Of a DNA stretch of 64,000 bases, positions 18,161 to 27,638 are shown one piece after another. The notes under the pieces were generated by a model. The model searched no databases. It saw only the letters and a list, made by a program, of their open reading frames with translations, and had not been told where the DNA came from. Location of the stretch: contig JBDKUN010000062.1 in assembly GCA_039679675.1 (NCBI GenBank), positions 32,001 through 96,000 of the forward strand. Reading direction: 5' to 3'. Position numbers and translations under genes: made by a program. Position 1 is the first letter of the stretch. Each line of letters starts with the position of its first letter. This DNA comes from Armatimonadota bacterium (GTDB lineage: Bacteria > Armatimonadota > UBA5829 > DTLH01).

Positions 18161-20410
18161 TTGCGAAAAAAAACTCAGCGCAGGCGAAAATCCAAAAATT
18201 CAAATCAGTCTTTCGATATAATCGGCATTATCCTGGTGTTTTTCGGGATAGTCATGCTGATAAGTCTGATTGCGCCCGGCACAAGTGGTGTGCTCGGTTT
18301 GTGGATCAAGACCTCGCTGATGAGTCTCGCCGGGGTTGGGGCTTACATATTCCCGTTTTTATGCGCGCTCGTAGGAACGCTCTTCATCATCGGCCCGATC
18401 ACCATCTGGTCGCGGAATGCCGGAATCGGGTCTTCCATGATCTTCCTGGCATTCTTAGGTTGGAAAGGTCTTGCCGGCCTTGAAGTTGCCGGTGAAGAGT
18501 GGCAATACGGCGGCATAATCGGATGGGCCATAGCAGCGGGCGCAAAAGCATTCGCCGGATTTTTGATCGGGAAGATACTCTTCGCGCTTATCATAGTTTT
18601 AGGCGCTTATATCACCTTCGATGTTCCGCTCGCGAACATTATCGCGCGGCTGCGAGACATGTCTGCAAACGGCGCGCGGATTGCCCGTGAGCGGCTTGTA
18701 GCAACGAGTGTGCCGAAGGGCAACGGGAAAAAACCTGTCGTGAAAGCTCTGGCAGAGCAGCCGGAGGAAGAAGAGCCTGCTGAAAAACGGCGGCTCTTCC
18801 CTGTGCTTGTTCGAAAGGGTGCTCCATCAGAGGAAATTCCTGTGGTTAAGCCGGACCAGCGGAAGATTCCGGTCACTATCAGCCAGGGCGCCAAGATAAA
18901 GACTTCCGAGACTGCACCGGAACCGCCGGACTCTGAGGAAGCTGAGTTCAGGCTGCCGCCGCTTTCGCTTCTTGCCGACCCTCAACCCCCGCCTCAGCGG
19001 GTAGAGGCTGAGCTGAAGTCGAACGTCGAGGTCATCGAGCGGACGCTTGAGGAGTTCAAAGTCTCTGGCGATGTCGTAGAGATTGCACATGGCCCGACCG
19101 TCACCCGCTATGAAATCCACCTCGCGCCGGGGATCAAGGTAAACAAGATCGTAAGCCTTGCGGATAACCTCGCTATGTCGCTTGCGGCTATCGATGTGCG
19201 CGTGGAGGCTCCGATACCGGGCAAATCAGCCATCGGCGTCGAAGTCCCGAACAAGAACCCCGCTATGGTTGGTCTGCGGGAGGTCATCGACTGCGATGAG
19301 TTCCGCAATAGCGACTCCAAGCTGCTTTTTGCGCTCGGAAAGGATGTTTCCGGCGAGTGCAAGTTCGCCGATCTGACAAAAATGCCGCACATGCTGGTGG
19401 CGGGATCGACTAACTCAGGAAAGAGCGTCTGTCTGAACACATTAATAGCGAGCCTGCTTTACCGGGCGACTCCAGATGAGCTGAAGATGATCCTGATCGA
19501 CCCGAAAAGGGTGGAATTGAGCCTTTTTGACGGGATTCCGCATCTGGCATGCCCTGTTGTGCGGGACGCAAGGCAGGCAGCGGCAATTTTCAGGTCCGCA
19601 ACGAAGGAAATGGACAACCGTTACGATGTGATAGCCCGCGCCGGATGCCGGAACATACAGAGTTACAACGAAAAGCAGCCGGATGGGGAAAAGCTGCCTT
19701 ACATGGTCATAATCTGCGATGAGCTTGCCGACCTTATGATGCAGGCGGCTGCCGAGGTGGAGACATCCATCTGCCGTTTGGCCCAGCTTGCGAGGGCGGT
19801 CGGGATTCATCTCGTGCTTGCGACTCAGAGGCCATCCGTGGATGTCGTAACAGGACTGATCAAAGCTAATATTTCATCCAGGATTGCGTTTGCCGTATCT
19901 TCCCAGGTCGACAGCCGCACGATCATAGACCAGAACGGCGCGGAAAGGCTGATCGGGCGCGGCGACATGCTCTTCCTGCCGATAGATGCGCAGAAGCCGA
20001 CCCGCGTCCAGGGGTGCTACTTGAGTGAAGATGAGACTCACCGGGTGGTCGATTTTCTGAAAGCGCAGAGAAAGCCGGTCTACACCATTGAAGCGACTGA
20101 TATAACATCGAGCGGAAGCGGTGGAGGCGGCGACGACGGTGGAATGACGGACCCGATCTATGAGCAAGCTGTCAGGATGATTGTCACCACCGGCTACGCG
20201 TCGACATCTATGATCCAGCGGAAGTTCAAGATCGGCTACACACGCGCGGCGCGGCTGGTCGATTCTATGGAGCAGCAGGGAATAGTAGGCCCTCTCGACG
20301 GCTCGAAACCGCGCGAGGTGCTGGTGAACAAGGAAGAGCTGGAACGGCTCTTCGGCGGCCCTACCGGCCTGAGTGACGACGATTTTTACGAAGAAGAAGA
20401 GGAAGAGTAG
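18161..20410 (+). CDS. ftsK: DNA translocase FtsK/SpoIIIE
   Basis: N-terminal TM segments, AGSTNSGKS, DELADLMM, ATQRPSVDV, gamma domain IGYTRAARLVD. Confidence 0.97.
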   Translation: MRKKTQRRRKSKNSNQSFDIIGIILVFFGIVMLISLIAPGTSGVLGLWIKTSLMSLAGVGAYIFPFLCALVGTLFIIGPITIWSRNAGIGSSMIFLAFLGWKGLAGLEVAGEEWQYGGIIGWAIAAGAKAFAGFLIGKILFALIIVLGAYITFDVPLANIIARLRDMSANGARIARERLVATSVPKGNGKKPVVKALAEQPEEEEPAEKRRLFPVLVRKGAPSEEIPVVKPDQRKIPVTISQGAKIKTSETAPEPPDSEEAEFRLPPLSLLADPQPPPQRVEAELKSNVEVIERTLEEFKVSGDVVEIAHGPTVTRYEIHLAPGIKVNKIVSLADNLAMSLAAIDVRVEAPIPGKSAIGVEVPNKNPAMVGLREVIDCDEFRNSDSKLLFALGKDVSGECKFADLTKMPHMLVAGSTNSGKSVCLNTLIASLLYRATPDELKMILIDPKRVELSLFDGIPHLACPVVRDARQAAAIFRSATKEMDNRYDVIARAGCRNIQSYNEKQPDGEKLPYMVIICDELADLMMQAAAEVETSICRLAQLARAVGIHLVLATQRPSVDVVTGLIKANISSRIAFAVSSQVDSRTIIDQNGAERLIGRGDMLFLPIDAQKPTRVQGCYLSEDETHRVVDFLKAQRKPVYTIEATDITSSGSGGGGDDGGMTDPIYEQAVRMIVTTGYASTSMIQRKFKIGYTRAARLVDSMEQQGIVGPLDGSKPREVLVNKEELERLFGGPTGLSDDDFYEEEEEE

Positions 20411-20416
20411 CTGACA

Positions 20417-20671
20417 TTCTGAATCGCGAAGGTCGCGAAGAAGCGCAAAAGACGCGAAAAGGGATTGGTGGAGACTCGTGCTTCGGGACGAAAAGCGTTC
20501 CCGAAGCATAGGGTAATACGCGAAGAAGCACGAAAGAGACAGCATGGGCATGGATGCCCAGGAGAATAGGGACCTTGGCATGGATCCCCGGTCCATCAGT
20601 CCAGTGGTAGATGCTGTAAATCTTCACCATTCGCGAAATCCGCTAAATCCGCGTAATTCGCGTTTCAAAAT
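20417..20671. repeat. Composite intergenic repeat element (CGCGAA ~9-bp periodic units, imperfect terminal IR, embedded REP-like palindrome)
   Basis: ATTCTGAATCGCGAA...TTCGCGTTTCAAAAT ends; GCTTCGGGACG...CGTTCCCGAAGC at 20479-20508; 20462-20484 matches the reverse complement of 41280-41302. Confidence 0.65.
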
Positions 20672-20688
20672 GAAACAAAGGGAATTAG

Positions 20689-22005
20689 TTGAAAGTAAGT
20701 CTAATAAGTCTGGGGTGTCCTAAAAACCTGGTCGACTCCGAAGAAATGCTCGGAGCACTGAGCAGCGCGGGTTACGAGCTGACTGCGAAGCCGGAAGAGG
20801 CGGACGCGATAATAGTCAACACCTGCGGGTTCATTGAAAGCGCAAAACAGGAGTCTATAGACGCGATACTCGGCGCGGTGCAGCTAAAATCAGGCAAGTG
20901 CAAGGCTGTAGTCGTTGCAGGATGCCTTGCGGAGCGCTACGCGGAGGAACTGGCGAAGGAAATACCCGAAGCAGATGCGTTTATCGGGGTCGGGAAGAAC
21001 GCTGATCTTCCGGCTGTAGTCAGGCGCGCTCTTCAAGGTGAAAAAGTAGTCGATTGCAGCAAGCCGGACTCAATCTGGCTGAAAAGCGGCGAAAGGGTCA
21101 GGTCTACACCGCCCTGGACTGCCTATCTCAAGATCGCAGACGGCTGCAACAACAGGTGCTCTTACTGCGCGATACCGGATATACGCGGGCCGTTTCACAG
21201 CAGGCCGCCGGAGCTTATTTTAGCTGAAGCTGAGCAGATGGCCAGTGAAGGCGTGCTAGAAGTAAACCTGATAGCGCAGGATATCACCCGCTACGGCGAT
21301 GACATAGACGGATGGAGCCTTGAGCGCCTTGCGCGGGAAATAGCAGGGATAGACGGCATCAGGTGGATAAGGCTTTTATATTGCTATCCGACCAGGATTA
21401 CGGACGGGCTGATAGAATTGGTCGCGTCGGAGCCTAAGATCTGTAAATACATGGATATTCCGCTCCAGCACGGGGACGACCGGGTGCTTAAAGCGATGAA
21501 CCGGCGCGGCAGCCGAAAAGAGTATCTCGATGTCATTCGAAAGATTCGCGAGGCATCTCCTGAGATCGCGCTCAGGACATCGTTCATAGTCGGGTTCCCC
21601 GGCGAGGGAGATGAGGAGTTCGAGAACCTGGTCTCATTTGCCGAGGAGATCGATTTCGATAGAATCGGTGCGTTCAAATACTCGCGGGAGGACGGCACAT
21701 CGGCTGCATTGATGCACGATCAGGTAAAACCATCTGTTGCGGCTAAAAGGCTCGACAGGCTGATGCGGCTGGCGGGGCGAATCTCAGCCGGACATAACAG
21801 AAAACTGCTCGGAAAAGAGATAGACGTGCTTGCGGAGTCACCGGACACCGGAAGGTGCTACCGCGACGCGCCTGAGATAGACGGAATTGTAAAGTTCACA
21901 GGAGGCCATGCCCAACCGGGCGAGATCGTCCGAGCGAAAGTAGTGGAAGCAGACGAATACGATCTGACTGTAAGTTTAGATTCTAATTGCGGGAGTTGTG
22001 GGTAG
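20689..22005 (+). CDS. rimO: Ribosomal protein S12 methylthiotransferase
   Basis: SLGCPKNLVDSE, NTCGFIESAKQES, radical SAM CNNRCSYC, DAPEIDG, TRAM domain. Confidence 0.96.
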   Translation: MKVSLISLGCPKNLVDSEEMLGALSSAGYELTAKPEEADAIIVNTCGFIESAKQESIDAILGAVQLKSGKCKAVVVAGCLAERYAEELAKEIPEADAFIGVGKNADLPAVVRRALQGEKVVDCSKPDSIWLKSGERVRSTPPWTAYLKIADGCNNRCSYCAIPDIRGPFHSRPPELILAEAEQMASEGVLEVNLIAQDITRYGDDIDGWSLERLAREIAGIDGIRWIRLLYCYPTRITDGLIELVASEPKICKYMDIPLQHGDDRVLKAMNRRGSRKEYLDVIRKIREASPEIALRTSFIVGFPGEGDEEFENLVSFAEEIDFDRIGAFKYSREDGTSAALMHDQVKPSVAAKRLDRLMRLAGRISAGHNRKLLGKEIDVLAESPDTGRCYRDAPEIDGIVKFTGGHAQPGEIVRAKVVEADEYDLTVSLDSNCGSCG

Positions 22006-22053
22006 ATAAATGAGTTATCCATACCCCATGACCCATTAAGGGAGGAATAACGC

Positions 22054-23895
22054 GTGAGTACAACAGCAACAAAGCTTACGATAGAAGACCCGGTCCGCAC
22101 AGCGGCGCGGGTTTATCTGGAAGACCTGGCGTATGACGCCCTGGTCGGACGGGAAGAACCGGCCAAGACCGGCGAGATGCTTAGAGAGATCGGGCTTGAG
22201 GACCTGACCCTGCGGACTATCCGGTACATACTGACGGAAAGCTCAAGGTTTGAGCCGGTTGACCGGCGATGGACGATTGCAGCAAGGATACAGGATACGA
22301 AAAAGCCGTTCGAGCGTATAATCGAGAGTTCGATTGCAGCTTACGGCAGACCTATCACGCTTTCCGCGCTCGCGAAAGAGCTTGCAATCATATTCGACCG
22401 CACTGAAGAATATTACCAAGAGATGCTGCCTCGGATGCTCGCGTCTCATGAAAAGTTCTTTATTCTCGATAACGAGCGTTACGGGTTGAACTCCTGGCTT
22501 CTCATTACAGACTCCAGCGAGCCTGATGATGTCCTGTTCGATAACTTCATGGAAGAAGAGGACGTCGCTCCGTATCGAAAAACAGCAAAAAAGGCAAAGT
22601 GGGATGCTGATGATATTCCCGGTTCAGCCGCGCAGTTCATCAATCAGTTCGGACAGCCGGTTCCGGTCAGAGTTCTGGCCTTCTTTGCCTGGCAGCAGCT
22701 TAAGGACGCCTACGATCCGCTGGGGTTTTATACCGCGCTCCTGGAATCCGACCAAATAGAGATGCTCTCGACTCAGAAAGCAATCAGTTCCAGCTTAAAG
22801 CAGGAAGTAATGAAGGCCGTCCAGGTCATAGCTTCCGAGATCGAGGAACTCCCTGCCGAAGCGGAGGAAGAAGCCGCAGAAGCCGGACCTGTCGTAATTA
22901 CGGACGCGGATAGAGACGAAATAGTCAGGCTCATCGAGAAGCAGGGCGGCACCGTCATAGCGGACGATATACTGGAAAGCGTGCTGGAGATCTCTCCGGG
23001 CGAACGCGGCTACGATGCAGCGTTCGACAGCCTCAAGGAAACGCTCGAAGGTGAAGACCGGATCGTCCGGGTCGGAGATGGCCGCTGGAGACAGGCCGGC
23101 ACTATCCCTGAATACGTATATGAAGTCCCGCCGGTGCTTGTTATTCCGCCCGCGGCGCCGTTCGAGACGCCTGAGGGTGACATCTACGATCAGGAACTGG
23201 AAGACGAAGGGCTCGATTCCGGACTCAGACAGGAGATACTCAACCCGCTTGTTCAGGATATAGGTGACGAAGATCCCGACGAGGCGGTATATCAGCCTCT
23301 GGATGTATATCAGCGCTGCGCGCTTCTGTATCACCACAAAGAGGCCGGGACAATGCCGCTTATCCAGTTGCATCCCGACTTTTTCGACAAGGAACCGGAA
23401 GTCGTGCAGATAACGCTCGTTAACGATGGAGTCAGAAGAGACGCCTGGATCAATAATAATACCCGGCTTATCTACGGACTGAAGGACTGGTACACTAGTG
23501 AGATGCCCGTATCCGGCGCAGCGTTCGAGATTCACAGGACCGAGCGCCCGGGCGAGTACCGCTTCATCTATGACAACAGGACCGATCCTCTGGTGTTCGT
23601 GCCGACAAGCAGGCTGCTTGAGCTCTTGGAGCTGAAAAACGAGGCCGATTCAACCGAGATGCCGGTATTCGATATAATCACAAGGATACTGGAGCACTAC
23701 AGGAAGGGAATCGCCTTCGTCCCGCTCTTCACCGAGGTCAACCTGGTACGGCGCGTGACCAGAAGGCTGGTCGCATCGGTTCTCAGTTCTTACCATGCGT
23801 TCCATACGCGCGGTAAGACCGGTGAATGGCAGTATGATGCCAAAAAACGGTCACAGGGATTCAACAAGACAAAAAGGAAATATATTAAAAAGTAA
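22054..23895 (+). CDS. Acidic hypothetical protein with several winged-helix (RNAP delta/HARE-HTH-like) repeats
   Basis: Repeated wing motifs: RFEPVDRRWTI, KFFILDNERYGLNSW, RIVRVGDGRWR, FHTRGKTGEWQY. Confidence 0.6.
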   Translation: MSTTATKLTIEDPVRTAARVYLEDLAYDALVGREEPAKTGEMLREIGLEDLTLRTIRYILTESSRFEPVDRRWTIAARIQDTKKPFERIIESSIAAYGRPITLSALAKELAIIFDRTEEYYQEMLPRMLASHEKFFILDNERYGLNSWLLITDSSEPDDVLFDNFMEEEDVAPYRKTAKKAKWDADDIPGSAAQFINQFGQPVPVRVLAFFAWQQLKDAYDPLGFYTALLESDQIEMLSTQKAISSSLKQEVMKAVQVIASEIEELPAEAEEEAAEAGPVVITDADRDEIVRLIEKQGGTVIADDILESVLEISPGERGYDAAFDSLKETLEGEDRIVRVGDGRWRQAGTIPEYVYEVPPVLVIPPAAPFETPEGDIYDQELEDEGLDSGLRQEILNPLVQDIGDEDPDEAVYQPLDVYQRCALLYHHKEAGTMPLIQLHPDFFDKEPEVVQITLVNDGVRRDAWINNNTRLIYGLKDWYTSEMPVSGAAFEIHRTERPGEYRFIYDNRTDPLVFVPTSRLLELLELKNEADSTEMPVFDIITRILEHYRKGIAFVPLFTEVNLVRRVTRRLVASVLSSYHAFHTRGKTGEWQYDAKKRSQGFNKTKRKYIKK

Positions 23896-23937
23896 GTTAT
23901 CAGACGGTATTTGACAGCATATTCGGATAGTTTCTCA

Positions 23938-24073
23938 ATCACGAAAGCAGGTAGTGGGCTTGTATAACTTGGTGACTCATCAAGTGAGTGTAATTGCAGC
24001 CCTTTCGGTGGACAATTTCTGCCCTAACCGGCAAGGCGCCAAGTGTCATAAATCCACTACCTGTTTTCGTGAT
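23938..24073 (+). ncRNA. Candidate structured RNA or MITE: 136-nt rod hairpin
   Basis: 40-position in-register stem with 4 G-U pairs and 5 mismatches on the + strand. Confidence 0.45.
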
Positions 24074-24130
24074 AAAAAGATCTTCCGCTTAAGCTGTTAA
24101 GATCGATCTGATCGCTGAAAGCTGATAGTT

Positions 24131-25585
24131 ATGAAAGTACGTGTAAGATTCGCACCGAGCCCTACGGGCTCGCCACATATCGGCAACATAAGGACAGCCG
24201 TCTTCGATTGGCTCTTCGCCCGTCATGAAGGCGGCACTTTTGTGCTGAGGATAGAAGACACAGACCGGACGCGCCTAGTGCCCGGAGCACTTGAGGAGAT
24301 TATGCATGACCTCAAGTGGGCCGGACTGCAGTGGGACGAAGGGCCGGATATAGGAGGCCCTTACGGGCCGTATACACAGTCCGAGCGGCTGGAAAATTAC
24401 CAGAAATACGCGCAGCAGCTCATCGACCAGGGCCTCGCCTACAAGTGCTACTGCACATCCGAGCGGCTGGCCGAAATGCGCAAGCAGCAGGAGGCCGAAA
24501 AACGGCCTACGGGATATGACCGCCGCTGCCGCAACTTAAGCTCGGAAGAGCGGGCGAAGCTTGATGCCGAAGGCACGCCGTTTGTCGTCCGGTTCGCTAT
24601 GCCTGAGTCCGGCACAACGGCGTTCAAAGACCTTGTACGGGGAGAAGTGACATTCGATAACTCACTTCAGGACGACTTCGTGATGCTGAAGTCAGACGGG
24701 TTCCCGACCTATCACTTCGCAAGCGTCGTAGACGATCATTTGATGCAAATTACGCATGTGCTGAGAGGCGAAGAGTGGATATCCAGCGCGCCCAAGCACG
24801 TGCAGCTCTATAAAGCGCTCGGTTGGGAACAGCCGGTGTGGGTACACCCGCCGCTTATCCTTGGATCGGACAGAAGCAAGCTCAGTAAACGGCACGGTTC
24901 AGTGAACTTCTCTACTTATATCGAGGAAGGCTACCTGCCGGAGGCCATGATCAACTATCTGGCGCTTCTTGGTTGGTCTCCTGCCGAAGACAGGGACCTG
25001 TATGACATCGACGAACTGGCCGAGAAGTTCACGCTGGAAGGGATTATCAACCATCCGGCGATTTTCGACGCCCAGAAGCTCCTCTGGATGAACGGACAGT
25101 ACATCCGAAAGAAGAGCGTTGAAGAACTTACCAGCCTTGTGCTGCCTTATCTCAAGAAAGCCGGGCTTGCATCCGAATCTCCGAGCAATGACGAGATGGA
25201 CTACCTGAAAAAGGTGGTACTACTGATCCAGGACCGGCTGCGGCTGCTTTCGGAAGCCCCGGAGCTTGCGGAGTTCTTCCTGCTTGATGAGATCAATTAC
25301 GACCAAAAAGCACTCGACAAGTGGATCAAGAAGCCTGAGTCTCCCGCGCTTTTGAACAAAGTTGCAGACAGGTTGGAAACTCTCGATGATTGGAGCCCTG
25401 AGAAGATCGAGGCAGCCGTGCGAGAAGCCGGGACGGAAGCCGGAGCCGAAGGCGGCAAGGTGATACACCCCGTAAGGGCTGCATCGACAGGCCGGACGGT
25501 GGGGCCGGGACTCTTTGAAACATTGGAAGTGCTCGGAAAAGACCGTGTTGTCACTCGGCTGCGAAAAGCAGCAAATATGAGCTAG
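24131..25585 (+). CDS. gltX: Glutamate-tRNA ligase
   Basis: RFAPSPTG, HIGN, RIEDTD and KLSKR motifs. Confidence 0.98.
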   Translation: MKVRVRFAPSPTGSPHIGNIRTAVFDWLFARHEGGTFVLRIEDTDRTRLVPGALEEIMHDLKWAGLQWDEGPDIGGPYGPYTQSERLENYQKYAQQLIDQGLAYKCYCTSERLAEMRKQQEAEKRPTGYDRRCRNLSSEERAKLDAEGTPFVVRFAMPESGTTAFKDLVRGEVTFDNSLQDDFVMLKSDGFPTYHFASVVDDHLMQITHVLRGEEWISSAPKHVQLYKALGWEQPVWVHPPLILGSDRSKLSKRHGSVNFSTYIEEGYLPEAMINYLALLGWSPAEDRDLYDIDELAEKFTLEGIINHPAIFDAQKLLWMNGQYIRKKSVEELTSLVLPYLKKAGLASESPSNDEMDYLKKVVLLIQDRLRLLSEAPELAEFFLLDEINYDQKALDKWIKKPESPALLNKVADRLETLDDWSPEKIEAAVREAGTEAGAEGGKVIHPVRAASTGRTVGPGLFETLEVLGKDRVVTRLRKAANMS

Positions 25586-25596
25586 AGGGACTTAAG

Positions 25597-26316
25597 TTGG
25601 AGATAATAGACGCCAATACCATGTTCGGGCCGTGTCCGAGGGTCACAGCAGACTTGTCCCTCGGACGGCTGATGAAGCAGATCAAGAGCCATGGCATATC
25701 TAAGAGCCTTACTCTCTCGACTGTTGGCATCTTTCACAGCCATAACGACGGTAACGCCGAAACTCTGCGCGAATGCCAGAACAAAGCGGAGATCTTCCCG
25801 GTCGCGACACTCGACCCAAGGGGTTATTTTGCCGGTTTCAAGCTTATACAGAACTTGATCTCCCAGGGGTTCAAGCTGTTCAGGTTCTTTCCGGGAGAAC
25901 AGGGCTGGCCGCTCGATCATAACGTGTTCGTGGACATTCTCGACGAGCTTGAGGAGACATCATTGCCGGTTATGATAAACGCCGGACGCACGGGAGACGC
26001 GACAGCTCTGGCGCATATCATTGGCGGCAGGGAACATGTGCTTATACTGGAAGGGATTGTCTTCGAGACGATGGCCGAAGCGGTCTCCGTTATGAAAAAA
26101 CACAGCAACATCTATGCGGAGACCCATTCACTCACAGTCCCAGGCGGGCTGCGGTTCCTTGCCGAGCAGGTAGGAGCGGACAGGATCGTATTTGGCTCCG
26201 ACTGTCCCAGAAGCTCTCTGGCAGGGTCCCTGAACTATGTCCGAGAGTCTGGCCTGTCCGATGAAGACGTCGCAAAGATTCTCGGCGGAAATATCAAACG
26301 GTTGCTGGGAGGCTAG
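25597..26316 (+). CDS. Amidohydrolase-fold protein with degenerate metal site
   Basis: IIDANTM (HxH lost); GADRIVFGSDCP; KILGGNIKRLL. Confidence 0.8.
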   Translation: MEIIDANTMFGPCPRVTADLSLGRLMKQIKSHGISKSLTLSTVGIFHSHNDGNAETLRECQNKAEIFPVATLDPRGYFAGFKLIQNLISQGFKLFRFFPGEQGWPLDHNVFVDILDELEETSLPVMINAGRTGDATALAHIIGGREHVLILEGIVFETMAEAVSVMKKHSNIYAETHSLTVPGGLRFLAEQVGADRIVFGSDCPRSSLAGSLNYVRESGLSDEDVAKILGGNIKRLLGG

Positions 26317-26318
26317 AG

Positions 26319-27062
26319 TTGGCAATTATAGACGTACGCGTGCAAATAGGGACTACTCCCACCTGGGGGACTCCGTTCACGGAAGGCCACCTCGCCAGGA
26401 TGATGGAGAGATACGGGATAGAGCGCTCCATAGTCTCATCTACCATCGCAAACTCATGCGATTTCATCCGGGGAAACGCGCTTATCAAAGATATTGCAGG
26501 CAAAGGGCCGATTTTTGGGTGCGCGGTAGCAAATACCCAGTACCGGGCTGAGTCCATAGATGATATGCGGAAATATCTGGCGCTTCCGTCGTTCGTCGCG
26601 CTTGCGATAACATCCGGGACACCCGGAAGGCATGTAACACTGGATGAATGCGATGATATTCTGAACTCCCACCGCCGGTTTGCAAAACCGGTTATGCTGG
26701 ATGTTTCCAGCAAGGAGGGAGTGCTTGCCGCAAACGAGATCGCCAAAGCTTTTCCGGGAATAAAGTTCATACTCATGTCCATGGGCGGGGCAGCATGGCG
26801 GACAGCTATAGCCATGGCGGATAATACACTTAATCTGGTGCTCGAAATATCCGGCAGCCCAAGCCCGGAGAAAATCCGGCTCGGCGTCGAGACAGTTGGC
26901 GCGCACCGGATGGTCTACGGCAGCAACCTGCCGTTTGCCGACCCCGCAGTCACCATCGGGCTCCTTGCCGACGGCGGCATCTCTGATTTGGACAAAAAAA
27001 TGATTCTCGAAGGCACTGCCAAGCGGCTTTTCGGCTGGGCACGGCAGCAGCCAGCGGCATAA
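26319..27062 (+). CDS. Amidohydrolase-fold protein with degenerate metal site
   Basis: IIDVRVQ (HxH lost); GAHRMVYGSNLP; ILEGTAKRLF. Confidence 0.8.
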   Translation: MAIIDVRVQIGTTPTWGTPFTEGHLARMMERYGIERSIVSSTIANSCDFIRGNALIKDIAGKGPIFGCAVANTQYRAESIDDMRKYLALPSFVALAITSGTPGRHVTLDECDDILNSHRRFAKPVMLDVSSKEGVLAANEIAKAFPGIKFILMSMGGAAWRTAIAMADNTLNLVLEISGSPSPEKIRLGVETVGAHRMVYGSNLPFADPAVTIGLLADGGISDLDKKMILEGTAKRLFGWARQQPAA

Positions 27063-27105
27063 GTCCTTTATTCATAAATACCAGTAATTATTGGAGGAAA
27101 TACTA

Positions 27106-27429
27106 ATGAGCGCAGCGCAGGAAGTTACCGAAGCGACATTTGAGGAGCAGGTTCTGAAATCGGACCTGCCTGTTATAGTCGATTTCTGGGCGAACTGGTG
27201 CGGACCTTGCAAGGCACTTGGACCAGCCATAGATGAAATTGCTGCCGAACTTGCAGGCAAGGTCAAAGTCTATAAAATGGATGTAGAGTCCAACCAGGAA
27301 ACCCCTCGTAAATATGGAGTTTTTAACATTCCCAATGTTATTCTCTTCAAAGGCGGGGAGGCCGTAGACCGTGTAGTAGGTCTGCACTCAAAGGACGCTA
27401 TCATCTCCCAGTTCCAACCGCACTTCTAG
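27106..27429 (+). CDS. trxA: Thioredoxin
   Basis: DFWANWCGPCK; GGAGG RBS before the ATG at 27106. Confidence 0.95.
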   Translation: MSAAQEVTEATFEEQVLKSDLPVIVDFWANWCGPCKALGPAIDEIAAELAGKVKVYKMDVESNQETPRKYGVFNIPNVILFKGGEAVDRVVGLHSKDAIISQFQPHF

Positions 27430-27638
27430 TACAGAATGGCAATAGGGTTCCAGGATTTAGGAGAAATGGTGTAAATATCCACCAATCATCCCTAAATCCT
27501 GAATCCTTTCCATCACCTATCCACAATCCATCCTGATGCGCCGCTGTTTTCCCCATGCGAACAGCGGGTAATTTATGAATAGCCTAAGAAGCAGAGAGAC
27601 AGACAGCTCTCTTTGCATTGTATCAGGAGGTATTTGAG

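Noticed and set aside
23896..24130. T-box, c-di-GMP riboswitch or hammerhead ribozyme upstream of gltX
   Set aside because: No T-box consensus; GEMM and CUGAUGA/GAAA cores are not in a compatible order.
27446..27508. Novel RNA after trxA (AGGATTTAGG...CCTAAATCCT, similar at 40036-40099)
   Set aside because: Adequately explained as a terminator or minor repeat hairpin; too little evidence for more.
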